Source: Candidatus Poribacteria bacterium (GTDB taxonomy: Bacteria > Poribacteria > WGA-4E > WGA-3G). From it: 64,000 nucleotides of DNA. The stretch is from the NCBI GenBank assembly GCA_965205015.1, contig OZ242029.1, positions 5,056,001 through 5,120,000 of the forward strand. The letters are read 5' to 3'. Positions 30,650-40,202 of the stretch are shown in pieces (positions within the stretch are counted from its first letter, which is position 1; each line of letters begins with the position of its first letter). The notes beneath the pieces are model-generated. The model was not told the origin of the DNA, did no database searches, and saw only the letters and a program-made list of their open reading frames with translations. The position numbers and the translations under genes were made by a program.

Positions 30650-31569
30650 TGAAAAATTTTATCCCATTTTACGGCATTCTCATGGTATGTATTCTCGCTG
30701 CTGGTTGTGCCAGTAAGGAAATCGCACCGGAGCCTGTGAAGGTGTCAACTGCGCCTGCTGTTTCGCTGCTGCTTACGCCCGCTGAAACACTCACATCGGG
30801 TGAACCTGTCGAACTCAGCGCTGTAGCTTTCGATGCGGATGGAAAGCAGACGGGTGCAGCTGATGCTATAGAATGGGCATCCAGCGGCTTGGTTGGTACA
30901 CTCCATGCGGGTAAATTCACACCTGATACAGATGCTGGGGCGCATGCAGGCACGATTACTGCTCAATCGGGGGATATGAAGGCGATGGCTCGCGTTCGTG
31001 TGATTCCGTCGCTCCCGTGGACAGAGGATTTTGAAGCGATTGAGCTCGAAAAAATACCCACGCACTGGATCGGTGCGACCGGCAAATTTTTTGTGCGTGA
31101 AAAAGATGGCGGTAAAGTCTTAGTCAAGACACCTGTTCAACGCGGCTTAAACCGGTCCAACGTTTATCTCGGTCCCTCAACAATGAAGAACTATCAGATT
31201 CAAATTGACTTGATGGGAACCAAAAATAAACGTAGACTGCCAGACTTGGGCTTAATTGCGAATCGTTACACATTAGATATGCAGGGCAGACACCAACGCT
31301 TACAAATTCGTTCGTGGGCATCCGATTTACGCATGGCAAAGACAATCGATTTCTCGTGGGACGTCGATGTCTGGTATACAATGAAGATGATGGTGGAGGT
31401 TATGGAGGATAAGGCTGTGATTCGAGGGAAGGTCTGGCGAAGGGGCGAACCGGAACCAGCAGAATGGACGATCACTGCTGAAGACCCGCTACCCAATCGT
31501 GAGGGAAGCCCCGGTATCTATGGCTATTCCGCAACTGAAATTTATTACGACAACCTAAAAGTATGGTAG
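30649..31569 (+). CDS. Lipoprotein with Ig-like and ConA-like beta-sandwich domains
   Basis: Lipobox LAAGC; 1-nt overlap with the upstream gene; WYTMKM...GKVW...EP.EW...GSPGIYG...YYDNL. Confidence 0.75.
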   Translation: MKNFIPFYGILMVCILAAGCASKEIAPEPVKVSTAPAVSLLLTPAETLTSGEPVELSAVAFDADGKQTGAADAIEWASSGLVGTLHAGKFTPDTDAGAHAGTITAQSGDMKAMARVRVIPSLPWTEDFEAIELEKIPTHWIGATGKFFVREKDGGKVLVKTPVQRGLNRSNVYLGPSTMKNYQIQIDLMGTKNKRRLPDLGLIANRYTLDMQGRHQRLQIRSWASDLRMAKTIDFSWDVDVWYTMKMMVEVMEDKAVIRGKVWRRGEPEPAEWTITAEDPLPNREGSPGIYGYSATEIYYDNLKVW

Positions 31570-31585
31570 TAAAGGAGTCATTCAA

Positions 31586-33022
31586 TTGAAACCCCAATTT
31601 ATCTACATCGCAAATCTTGCCGTGCTGCTCACTTTCGCGGTATCCGGTGTTTCGGCGGAGAAAGAGATTGCCTTGTGGGGCGGCACGTTAAGCCGTAACA
31701 TGGTCTCTGATGAAACGAATATCCCCGGGAGTTGGGATCTGGAAAGCGGTGAAAATATTAAGTGGACCGCAGAACTCGGTTCCCAAAGTTATGCAGGTCC
31801 GCTCATCATCGGCGAAAAAGTTTTCGTCGGAACGAATAACAAAGCACTTTACAATCCCAAATTAACCGGCGACCGCGGGAATCTCATGGCGTTTAACGAA
31901 TCCGATGGCAAGTTCCTTTGGCAAGCCACCCATACCAAACTCACTTCAGGACGGGTTAACGACTGGCCCCTACAGGGCATCTGTTCCACGCCGTTTATTG
32001 AAGGCGACCGACTCTACTACATCTCTAACCGCTGTGAAGTCGTCTGTGTTGACACTGACGCCTTCCTTGATGGCGAAAACGACGGTCCCTTTACCGAGGA
32101 AACAGAAACGAGCGAGATCGATGCCGACGTCATCTGGATCTACGATATGATGGATGAGTTGGATGTGTTTCCGCATAACCTTGCCACCTGTTCACCGCTG
32201 GCTGTCGGGGATCTCCTCTTCTTGGAAACGAGCAACGGTGTTGATGAGGGACATATCCATATTCCTTCACCCGATGCGCCGTCCTTCATTGCGCTCAATA
32301 AACACACCGGTGAACTCGTATGGGAAGATGCCTCGCCCGGCGAAAATATACTCCACGGGCAGTGGTCGAATCCCGCTTACGGTGTTATCAAAGGGGTCCC
32401 ACAGGTGATCATCCCCGGCGGCGATGGCTGGGTCTATGCGTTTGCTCCAGAAACGGGTGACATTATCTGGAAGTTTGACTGTAATCCGAAAGATTCCGTT
32501 TGGGAACTCGGTGGACGCGGCACCCGCAACAATATCATTTCAACGCCTGTCGTCTATGACGACAAAGTCTTTATCGCTGTTGGGCAGGACCCGGAGCACG
32601 GCGAAGGCGTAGGGCATCTCTGGTGCATTGATGCCTCACAAACCGGTGATGTTACCGAGACTGCTGGCATCTGGCACTTCGGCGATGAACAGTTCAACCG
32701 CACAATGTCCACTGTAGCCATCGCTGATGGACTCCTCTACATCTCGGACCTGAGTGGATTCCTTTACTGCTTGGATGTGAACACAGGAGACCCCTACTGG
32801 ACGCATGACACGTTCGCCGCAATTTGGGGATCGCCTTATGTGGTGGATGGTAAAGTTTACCTCGGCGATGAGGATGGCGATGTAGTGGTGCTAAAGACGG
32901 GAAAAACGAAGCAGGTGCTATTTGAAACCAACATGGGCAGTGCTGTTTATACGACCCCCGTGGCGAAGAACGGTGTGCTTTACATTGTCACCCGTAATAC
33001 GCTGATCGCAATTTCAGAATAG
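31586..33022 (+). CDS. Exported PQQ-like beta-propeller protein
   Basis: Signal peptide; WGGTLSRNMV, NIKWTAELGSQSY, TGELVW repeats, WGSPYVVDGKVY; TTG start with SD AAGGAG. Confidence 0.88.
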   Translation: MKPQFIYIANLAVLLTFAVSGVSAEKEIALWGGTLSRNMVSDETNIPGSWDLESGENIKWTAELGSQSYAGPLIIGEKVFVGTNNKALYNPKLTGDRGNLMAFNESDGKFLWQATHTKLTSGRVNDWPLQGICSTPFIEGDRLYYISNRCEVVCVDTDAFLDGENDGPFTEETETSEIDADVIWIYDMMDELDVFPHNLATCSPLAVGDLLFLETSNGVDEGHIHIPSPDAPSFIALNKHTGELVWEDASPGENILHGQWSNPAYGVIKGVPQVIIPGGDGWVYAFAPETGDIIWKFDCNPKDSVWELGGRGTRNNIISTPVVYDDKVFIAVGQDPEHGEGVGHLWCIDASQTGDVTETAGIWHFGDEQFNRTMSTVAIADGLLYISDLSGFLYCLDVNTGDPYWTHDTFAAIWGSPYVVDGKVYLGDEDGDVVVLKTGKTKQVLFETNMGSAVYTTPVAKNGVLYIVTRNTLIAISE

Positions 33023-33042
33023 ATTGTTCAGAGGTACTTCAC

Positions 33043-33648
33043 ATGGCGTATAGCAATTTTACGCTACAAACAGTACGAGAAGCATTTGACTTGGAAGAGA
33101 CCGACACCGCGCATCTTTTTGCAGGTAGCGAACCAATGCCTCCGAGTGAACTCCTCACTGCAGTGTTGACTCGGAACATACCCTTAGCCACCGCTATTGG
33201 GACGGAGAAAGCCAAGTCGGAAATGATTGTTGCCGATGTGCTTGTTGACCTGCGGGAGCAGTTGCAGCATCGCATCAGCCTTTTTTCCGGGATTGATTTC
33301 AACGTAGATGAGGAGAGCGGTTTGACTGGGGTCTGTGATTTTGTGATAAGTCTCTCACCGGTCCAATTTGGTCTGGAGGCACCTGTTATCGTTCTTGTGG
33401 AAGCAAAGAACGATAATCTGGAAGTGGGGCTCGGACAGTGCGTCGCGGAAATGGTAGCTGCCCAACGTTTTAATGCTGAAGCGGGTAATGACATTCCTCG
33501 CATCTACGGTGCCACCACCTCGGGGGCAGATTGGCGGTTCCTTAAATTGGAGGGGAAAGAACTCCATATTGATATGGCAGTCTACCAAATTGAGCGGTGT
33601 GACAAAGTCCTCGGCATCCTCGCAAGCATGGTGAAACAAAAGGCGTGA
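33043..33648 (+). CDS. PD-(D/E)xK nuclease-like hypothetical protein
   Basis: GVCDF...VLVEAK...GQCVAEM...YGATTSG..WRFL motifs. Confidence 0.7.
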   Translation: MAYSNFTLQTVREAFDLEETDTAHLFAGSEPMPPSELLTAVLTRNIPLATAIGTEKAKSEMIVADVLVDLREQLQHRISLFSGIDFNVDEESGLTGVCDFVISLSPVQFGLEAPVIVLVEAKNDNLEVGLGQCVAEMVAAQRFNAEAGNDIPRIYGATTSGADWRFLKLEGKELHIDMAVYQIERCDKVLGILASMVKQKA

Positions 33649-33692
33649 GTTGGGCGTGTTTAGTGCTGTAAATAAAAAAGGTAAAAAAACAG

Positions 33693-34766
33693 ATGAACCT
33701 TACCCGAAAAATTACTGAAGCCCGAAAATCACTCGACGCACACGTCCGAGAAATTATCAAATGGCACTTCAGTCCAAAGACCGGCTGCCCGTTCTGGCTG
33801 GAGTTCGCAGAAAACCTCGATTTTGACCCGCGCAAAGAAATTAGAGGGTATGCCGATCTCAAGTGCCTCGGGCATTTCGAGGACGAATGGCTCCGCGGGG
33901 GTCCAGTGCGGCGTTGGGTCCCGAAGGCTTACGCCGATGAACCGATTTACGTCTTTGAAACCGGTGGCTCAACAGGTATCCCCAAATCGAGAATCAGTGT
34001 TCGTGATTTTCACATCGATTATGAAATATTCAGTGAATCGCTTTCCGATGAGGGGTTTCCACCCGGTAGCGATTGGCTTATGTTGGGTCCGACGGGACCA
34101 CGACGCTTACGACTGGCTGTCGAACATCTCGCCCAGCATCGTGGCGGTATCTGTTTCCATGTAGACCTCGACCCGCGTTGGGTGAATCAACTCGTCCGTT
34201 ACGGAAAAAATGAGGAGTTGGACGCCTATAAAAATCATGTTATCTCGCAAGCACTTAATGTCCTACGCGCCCATGAAAACGTTCAATGCCTCTTCACCAC
34301 CCCGAAGTTATTGGAGGCACTCTGTGAATGGATTTCCTTGCCGAAGGTGGGTATTAAAGGTATCTTCTGTGGCGGTACCGAGATGGACGCGCAGTTCCAC
34401 CGCTTTGCACGCGAGGAACTCGTTCCCGGCATTGATTTTATCCCGACTTACGGCAATACGCTCATGGGATTAGCCGCCTGTAAACCCTTCGATCCGGCGG
34501 ATAACTATGCGATTATCTATTATCCACCGCACCCGCGCGCTGTTATTGAACTCGTTAATCCAGAAAATCCGGAGGAACTTGTTGATTATGGCGAAACCGG
34601 GCGTGTTATGCTCACGACCCTAACGAAAGAATTTTTCATGCCCCGTTTCTTGGAACGTGACGAAGCCGAACGCGCCGAACCGATCCCGGAATACCCGTGG
34701 GATGGCGTTGAAAATCTCCGTCTTCTCACGGAACTCCAAGAGAGCGTTGTTGTAGGTGTTTATTAG
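33693..34766 (+). CDS. Short ANL-superfamily adenylation enzyme (EhpF/PaaK/LuxE-like, no C-terminal lid)
   Basis: P-loop FETGGSTGIPKS, LFTTPKLLE, YGNTLMG, GRVMLTTL, RFLERD; only 357 aa. Confidence 0.75.
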   Translation: MNLTRKITEARKSLDAHVREIIKWHFSPKTGCPFWLEFAENLDFDPRKEIRGYADLKCLGHFEDEWLRGGPVRRWVPKAYADEPIYVFETGGSTGIPKSRISVRDFHIDYEIFSESLSDEGFPPGSDWLMLGPTGPRRLRLAVEHLAQHRGGICFHVDLDPRWVNQLVRYGKNEELDAYKNHVISQALNVLRAHENVQCLFTTPKLLEALCEWISLPKVGIKGIFCGGTEMDAQFHRFAREELVPGIDFIPTYGNTLMGLAACKPFDPADNYAIIYYPPHPRAVIELVNPENPEELVDYGETGRVMLTTLTKEFFMPRFLERDEAERAEPIPEYPWDGVENLRLLTELQESVVVGVY

Positions 34767-34768
34767 TT
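34722..34768 (+). repeat. Left copy of a 47-bp direct repeat (3' end of the adenylation gene)
   Basis: Matches 35128-35174 with 4 mismatches. Confidence 0.9.
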
Positions 34769-34789
34769 TTTTAATCAAAGGAGATAAAC

Positions 34790-35119
34790 ATGGAAAAGGT
34801 TCAAGTTGTTAAAATACAGGACCCAATATACGAGGAAACCTATACCGCCCACATTCAAAAAAATGGAGCTGCATGGATGGGGTGGATACCGGAAGTCCCC
34901 AAGGTGAAATGTGAAGGAAATACGCAAGAGGAATTACTAAAGACCCTTGAGAAAACACTCCATAAAATCTTAGAAGCTGAAGAGGAGGCATGGGATAAGC
35001 AGATTGAGGAAGATGCTAAGGCAGGGAAACTAGATCGTTTTGTTGAGAAAGCACTTGAGAATTTCAGAGCAGGTAGGTATTACGAGATAGAAGATCTCCA
35101 GAAATTATTAGACAAGTAG
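34790..35119 (+). CDS. HicB-like antitoxin (orphan)
   Basis: YTAHIQK...WMGWIPEVP....EGNTQEELL HicB-like motif; C-terminal WDKQIEEDAKAGKLD. Confidence 0.75.
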   Translation: MEKVQVVKIQDPIYEETYTAHIQKNGAAWMGWIPEVPKVKCEGNTQEELLKTLEKTLHKILEAEEEAWDKQIEEDAKAGKLDRFVEKALENFRAGRYYEIEDLQKLLDK

Positions 35120-35127
35120 CCTGTTAT

Positions 35128-35174
35128 CTGCTCACAGAACTCCAAGAAAGCGTCGTTGTAGGTGTTTATTAGTT
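35128..35174 (+). repeat. Right copy of the 47-bp direct repeat
   Basis: ctgctcacagaactccaagaaagcgtcgttgtaggtgtttattagtt. Confidence 0.9.
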
Positions 35175-35216
35175 AGCTTTAACACAGGTGCATACCCACT
35201 AAAAAGGAGTTTGAAC

Positions 35217-35912
35217 ATGATAACGAAAATTGAAAAACTTTTCCGGTCACCTTACTCGGTACCGAACGGTTTACAGGTCACGGACGACGGTTTGTGGATC
35301 GTTGACCAGATTACCGATAGAGTTGCATTGGTCGAAGTTACATCGGATCCCGACTATATCGTGCCGAAACTCATCCGCGACATTCCGAGCGAATCCTCCA
35401 ACACAAGCGGTATGACGTATGGAGACGGCGCACTCTGGTTAGCTGCGAACGGATCTGGAGAACGCTGGCGTCCCGTCCGGGATACAGACGCCGGGACGGG
35501 TGAGGTCTTCAAAGTAGACCCCGCTACCGGCGAAACCCTCGGCCGCTATCCGATACCCGATGGGGGCGGCACACACGGCATCGAATATGACCACTACGAT
35601 GAAGGACATCTGTGGGTCCAGACCCTTAAGGATCAGGTCACACATAAGGTCAGAATTTCGGACTGGTCTATCCAAAAGACGCTTCCGTTGCCGCATGGAC
35701 GTGGACACGGTATGGTTCGCGTTGAAGATGGGCTTTGGTCAACCCATACCTCTGATAGGGTCATTGTCAAGCTTGATCTTGAGGATGGCACACCGCTTGA
35801 TGTGATTGAAGTGCCTGAAGATTGTCCAGAACCGCACGGGCTCTCCATTTATGAGGACGATTTCCTCTACTGTGATGCCTCATCTGGATGGGTAGCGAAG
35901 ATTACATGGTAA
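35217..35912 (+). CDS. Vgb/NHL-like beta-propeller protein
   Basis: PNGL, SGMTYGDGALW, THGIEYD, GHGMV, PHGLS blade repeats; SD AAGGAG. Confidence 0.7.
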   Translation: MITKIEKLFRSPYSVPNGLQVTDDGLWIVDQITDRVALVEVTSDPDYIVPKLIRDIPSESSNTSGMTYGDGALWLAANGSGERWRPVRDTDAGTGEVFKVDPATGETLGRYPIPDGGGTHGIEYDHYDEGHLWVQTLKDQVTHKVRISDWSIQKTLPLPHGRGHGMVRVEDGLWSTHTSDRVIVKLDLEDGTPLDVIEVPEDCPEPHGLSIYEDDFLYCDASSGWVAKITW

Positions 35913-35914
35913 TT

Positions 35915-36100
35915 GGCTATCAGCCATCGGCTTTCAGTATTTGAGTGGAAAAATGGAAGGCGTTGGAATGGAAAATTGGAATACTGGAAGGTTAGGAGCT
36001 CCATTCTTTCCTGCTTCCCTCCTTCCAGTCTTTTCCCCTGCTCTTCCATTCCAGGCTCTTTAACCGACGACTGACAACCGACAACCGACAACCGACAACT
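35915..36100. repeat. Composite intergenic palindrome with heptamer (CCGACAA)n arm and TGGAA/TTCCA core
   Basis: ggctatcagccatcggc...ctgacaaccgacaaccgacaaccgacaac; purine-rich half followed by pyrimidine-rich half. Confidence 0.7.
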
Positions 36101-36106
36101 ATTAAG

Positions 36107-37513
36107 ATGATACACATTCCAATTCTGCGCGCCGGACGTTCCTACAGAAGTCTGAACACCGTCCGCGTGCCACATATCAAAACCGGTGAACCCTTGGTCG
36201 AGGTAAGCCAAGCCAATCGTGGATTGATAGCGAAGGACCTCCTTGACATCGCCCTCCAAAAGGAGACGCTTGGACAACGTTCTGCCGCCGAATTAATCTC
36301 CATCTGCAAGGAAGCAGCGCGTCTCTTCGCAACGGCGACGCTGCCACTTGACGGGACGGTTCAATCACCGGCGGACTACATCCAACAGGTCTCCGGGACA
36401 ACCGGTATGCCTGAAGCACTCTGCGCGCAGAATCTGCTCAAGATTCAAGGGGTTTTGGAGAACATAGATACCGTTTTAGATGGACTCACCCGTGGCTTGG
36501 ATTTACAAGTCCTTGATAAAGGATGGGGTGTCCAAAATGGGCACACGTTGAGTTACGTCTGTGAAACGGATTCGCTGGGTGCCGTATTGCCCAGCAACTC
36601 ACCGGGTGTGCATTCGTTGTGGGTGCCTGCTATCCCGTTGAAAGTACCGCTCGTGCTGAAACCGGGACGTGAGGAACCGTGGACCCCCTATCGTATCGCA
36701 CAAGCGTTTATCGCCGCAGGTGCTCCGGTAGAGGCATTCAGTTTCTACCCAACCGATTACGCCGGTGCCAACGAAATCCTCGTCCGATGTGGACGTTCCA
36801 TGCTTTTCGGTGGCGGTTCAACCGTCGCACCCTGGGTGAACACACCGCGGGTCGAAATTCACGGACCCGGACGTAGCAAAGTGATCATCCATGAAGACGG
36901 ACAGAACGATTGGGAACAGTATCTCGATCTCATCGTGGAATCGGTTGCTAAGAACGGCGGGCGGTCTTGCATTAATGCCTCTGGCGTGTGGGTAACGGCA
37001 CATGGACGGAAAATTGCCGAGGCGTTAGCAGAACGTTTGGCATGCATCGAACCGAAACCTCTGGATCATCCAGAGGCGGGAATCGCCGCGTGGGCGAATC
37101 CGAAGGCTGCACATGGGATCTCATCTCTGATTGACCAGCACCTCAAAGAGCCTGGGGCGACGGAATTGACAACGGGGGACCGCGTTGTGGAATTGGATGG
37201 CTGCACTTTCCTGAGACCCACGGTCATCTGGTGCGACGATGCGGAACATCCGTTAGCGAACATAGAGTTCCCGTTCCCATTTGTGAGTATTGTGGAAGTG
37301 CCGTCGACACAGTTAGTCGAGGCGATCGGCGCGACACTCGTTGCCACGGCGATTACAGAAGATACAGTGCTTACACGATATCTCATAGCGACACCGCGCA
37401 TCGACCGGCTCAATTTAGGCGCGATTCCGACGAATCAGATCTCTTGGGACAGTCCACATGAGGGGAACCTGTTCGAGCATCTGTATAGGCAGCGGGCTTT
37501 TCAGTTTGGATAG
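36107..37513 (+). CDS. Aldehyde-dehydrogenase-fold protein (acylating/LuxC- or EhpG-like)
   Basis: VLPSNSPG, LKPG, catalytic GGRSCINAS, EFPFP; EIHGPGRSK in place of ELGGK. Confidence 0.85.
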   Translation: MIHIPILRAGRSYRSLNTVRVPHIKTGEPLVEVSQANRGLIAKDLLDIALQKETLGQRSAAELISICKEAARLFATATLPLDGTVQSPADYIQQVSGTTGMPEALCAQNLLKIQGVLENIDTVLDGLTRGLDLQVLDKGWGVQNGHTLSYVCETDSLGAVLPSNSPGVHSLWVPAIPLKVPLVLKPGREEPWTPYRIAQAFIAAGAPVEAFSFYPTDYAGANEILVRCGRSMLFGGGSTVAPWVNTPRVEIHGPGRSKVIIHEDGQNDWEQYLDLIVESVAKNGGRSCINASGVWVTAHGRKIAEALAERLACIEPKPLDHPEAGIAAWANPKAAHGISSLIDQHLKEPGATELTTGDRVVELDGCTFLRPTVIWCDDAEHPLANIEFPFPFVSIVEVPSTQLVEAIGATLVATAITEDTVLTRYLIATPRIDRLNLGAIPTNQISWDSPHEGNLFEHLYRQRAFQFG

Positions 37514-37558
37514 CATTCCGAAAAATCTTGACTTTACAAATAATTTGGTATCGTAGTG

Positions 37559-39058
37559 ATGACCGATAACCCGAATGTTATTCTTATTTTCGCAGACGAC
37601 CTCGGACGCGGGATGCTGAGTTGCTATGGACAACGGCACTTCGAGACGCCGAATATCGACCGCCTCGCAAACGAAGGAATGCGATTCAACCACGCCTACG
37701 GTTGTGCATTCTGCGCGCCTTCCCGTGCGAGTATGCTGACAGGTCTCCACGATTGCCACGACGGCACATGGACCTATACACAAGGCGGGGTGTATGACAG
37801 ACTGAGTGCGGGTGAGCTCACACTAAGTCAAATTACGGAATTACTGCATACAACCGGACTCCAAGCGGGTTCCGATGACGTCTTCTTGGCGCAAATCGCT
37901 GAGGAGGCAGGTTACGTCACGGGACAGATCGGAAAACTCGAATGGGGCTTTGCCACGACTGGCACACGCATCCGTCGCCACGGTTGGCAGTACCACTACG
38001 GTTACTATGACCATGCGCGGTGCCACGGCTTTTATCCGCCGTTCCTCTTTGAGGACGGGCAAGTGACGAACATTCAAGGCAATACGCATGCCGACTGTGG
38101 GGTGAATCTGGATTGGGAGTCCGAGGAGAATGCTGCGCGTCGCGCGAATCGGCAGGGGAAAGCCGTATATTCTCAGGACATTTTCAACGAAAAGATTGTT
38201 GCGTTCCTGCGCAGCCACCAGGACGAACCTTTCTTTCTCTATCATCCTTCCCAATTGCCACATGGACCGATCGCCATTCCTGACATCCATCCAGCAGTGA
38301 AGCAGTCTACCGAGTTGACGACGTTTGAAAAAGAATACGCTTCCATGATCCTGAAATTGGATGAGACCGTCGGAATCATCTTGGACGCACTCGAACGCCT
38401 CGGCATTGATGACCGCACGATGATTATCTTCTGTTCCGATAATGGTCACGAAGTGTATGCCAAGGAGGCGGGACGGACCTCGGGTCGGACACAGGATTTG
38501 AACGGTGAACCCTTCGATGAAATCACAACGAAATTCTATTCGGAGACCGGTGGCGATGTATTCAATGGAAACGACGGTATGGGCGGTCTAAAGTTTTCAA
38601 GTTGGGAAGGTGGTACTCGAATCCCATATATCGTCCGCTACCCCGGAAGGATTACACCCAATCGTGTGTCGGACTATATGCTTACGAACTACGATCTAAT
38701 GCCAACCCTTGTCGACCTCATCGGCGCGGAGATGCCGCAAGGTAAAGACGGTATCTCGTTCTTACCGACTCTGCTTGAAAGGCATGAAGACCAGCAGCAT
38801 CATGAATGCATCATATATGCCTCTCGGCTCGGTCCGGCGCTTGTAACAGCGGATGGCTGGAAATTACGGTATATCAATAGCACGGACAGTTTCCAATTGT
38901 ATCATCTCCCGCACGACTATCGCGAGGAGAACGACGTTTCCGCGGATTGCCCTGACATCATTGCCCGACTGAGTGGATGGCTTCTGAATGCTTGTGACGG
39001 TGATTATCAAAATGGCACGCCCCAAGCGCATTTCGCTGCGTGTCCTGATAGAAATTAA
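37559..39058 (+). CDS. Formylglycine-dependent sulfatase
   Basis: PNVILIFADDLG, TPNIDRLA, CAPSRASMLTG, SDNG, EGGTRIP. Confidence 0.93.
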   Translation: MTDNPNVILIFADDLGRGMLSCYGQRHFETPNIDRLANEGMRFNHAYGCAFCAPSRASMLTGLHDCHDGTWTYTQGGVYDRLSAGELTLSQITELLHTTGLQAGSDDVFLAQIAEEAGYVTGQIGKLEWGFATTGTRIRRHGWQYHYGYYDHARCHGFYPPFLFEDGQVTNIQGNTHADCGVNLDWESEENAARRANRQGKAVYSQDIFNEKIVAFLRSHQDEPFFLYHPSQLPHGPIAIPDIHPAVKQSTELTTFEKEYASMILKLDETVGIILDALERLGIDDRTMIIFCSDNGHEVYAKEAGRTSGRTQDLNGEPFDEITTKFYSETGGDVFNGNDGMGGLKFSSWEGGTRIPYIVRYPGRITPNRVSDYMLTNYDLMPTLVDLIGAEMPQGKDGISFLPTLLERHEDQQHHECIIYASRLGPALVTADGWKLRYINSTDSFQLYHLPHDYREENDVSADCPDIIARLSGWLLNACDGDYQNGTPQAHFAACPDRN

Positions 39059-39099
39059 CTTGATTCTCCTGATTTCAACATATCAAAAAAGGATGCTTT

Positions 39100-40182
39100 A
39101 TGCTTATTGTTGATGCCCACCTTGATTTATCCATGAATGCATTACAGGGCAACCGAGACCTACTGCGTTCCGCCTACACGATTCGGACCCAAGAGACCGG
39201 ACTACCCGGTAAGGGTCAAGGAACCGTAGCGTTCCCAGACATGCGTCAGGGACGAATTGCGCTGAGTTTTGTTACCCTATTTGCCCGGTCCACCGGTAGA
39301 CCGTCCCCGCATTCCGATTTTGCGTCGCCTGCCCAATCCTACGGCATCGCTCAAGGGCAATTGGCTTACTATCGCGCTTTAGAAAGAATGGGATACGTTC
39401 GTATCATCGAGAACAACGAAAACTTGGACGGGCACATCAACGCTTGGCGAACTTGGGAAAGCAGCATGACAGGTCATGCAAGCGACTACGATAATGCACC
39501 CCCTTTAGGATTTGTAATTAGCATGGAAGGGGCTGACCCGATTCTGACGCCAGCGCAGTTAGAGGCTTGGGTTGATGCTGGGTTACGACTGATCGGACTG
39601 ACACACTACGGTCCCGGACGCTACGCCGGTGGAACAGGCACAGAAATGGGGTTAACCGAACTGGGGCGTCCGTTACTTGCTGAGATGGAACGCTTAGGCG
39701 TTATCCTCGATCTTACCCACTGTTCGGATCAGTCGTTCTGGCAGGCACTCGAACGCTACAACGGCTTGGTTCTCGCCAGTCATAACAACTGTCGGGCATT
39801 GGTTCCGCATCAACGCCAGTTCAGCGATGAACAGTTGCGTGCGATTTTTGAGCGGGATGGGGTCATCGGTGCTGCTTTTGACGCGTGGATGCTCCATCCA
39901 GGCTGGGTTACGGGTGAAACTCCCCACGAGGCGGTTACGTTGAACACCGTCGTTGACCATATCGACTATATCTGCCAATTGGCGGGTAACACTCGGCACG
40001 CCGCGATCGGCACTGACTTGGATGGTGGCTATGGACGTGAGCAATCTCCGAGCGATTTGGACACCATCGCTGACTTGCAAAACTTAACGGGTTTGTTAGA
40101 GGCGCGTGGCTATAGTGCGGATGACATCGCCGCCATCATGCACGGCAACTGGCTTCGATTCCTACACGATGCATGGGGTTAG
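39100..40182 (+). CDS. Membrane dipeptidase (peptidase M19) family
   Basis: DAHLD, SMEGAD, DLTH, ASHNN, HIDYI, IGTDLDG, GNWLR. Confidence 0.92.
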   Translation: MLIVDAHLDLSMNALQGNRDLLRSAYTIRTQETGLPGKGQGTVAFPDMRQGRIALSFVTLFARSTGRPSPHSDFASPAQSYGIAQGQLAYYRALERMGYVRIIENNENLDGHINAWRTWESSMTGHASDYDNAPPLGFVISMEGADPILTPAQLEAWVDAGLRLIGLTHYGPGRYAGGTGTEMGLTELGRPLLAEMERLGVILDLTHCSDQSFWQALERYNGLVLASHNNCRALVPHQRQFSDEQLRAIFERDGVIGAAFDAWMLHPGWVTGETPHEAVTLNTVVDHIDYICQLAGNTRHAAIGTDLDGGYGREQSPSDLDTIADLQNLTGLLEARGYSADDIAAIMHGNWLRFLHDAWG

Positions 40183-40202
40183 GGAAACCCATGGAGTCTG
40201 TT

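Noticed and set aside
33693-37513. Phenazine or bioluminescence gene cluster
   Set aside because: No phzA-G or luxAB/luxD genes in the window; only the activating/reducing pair is similar
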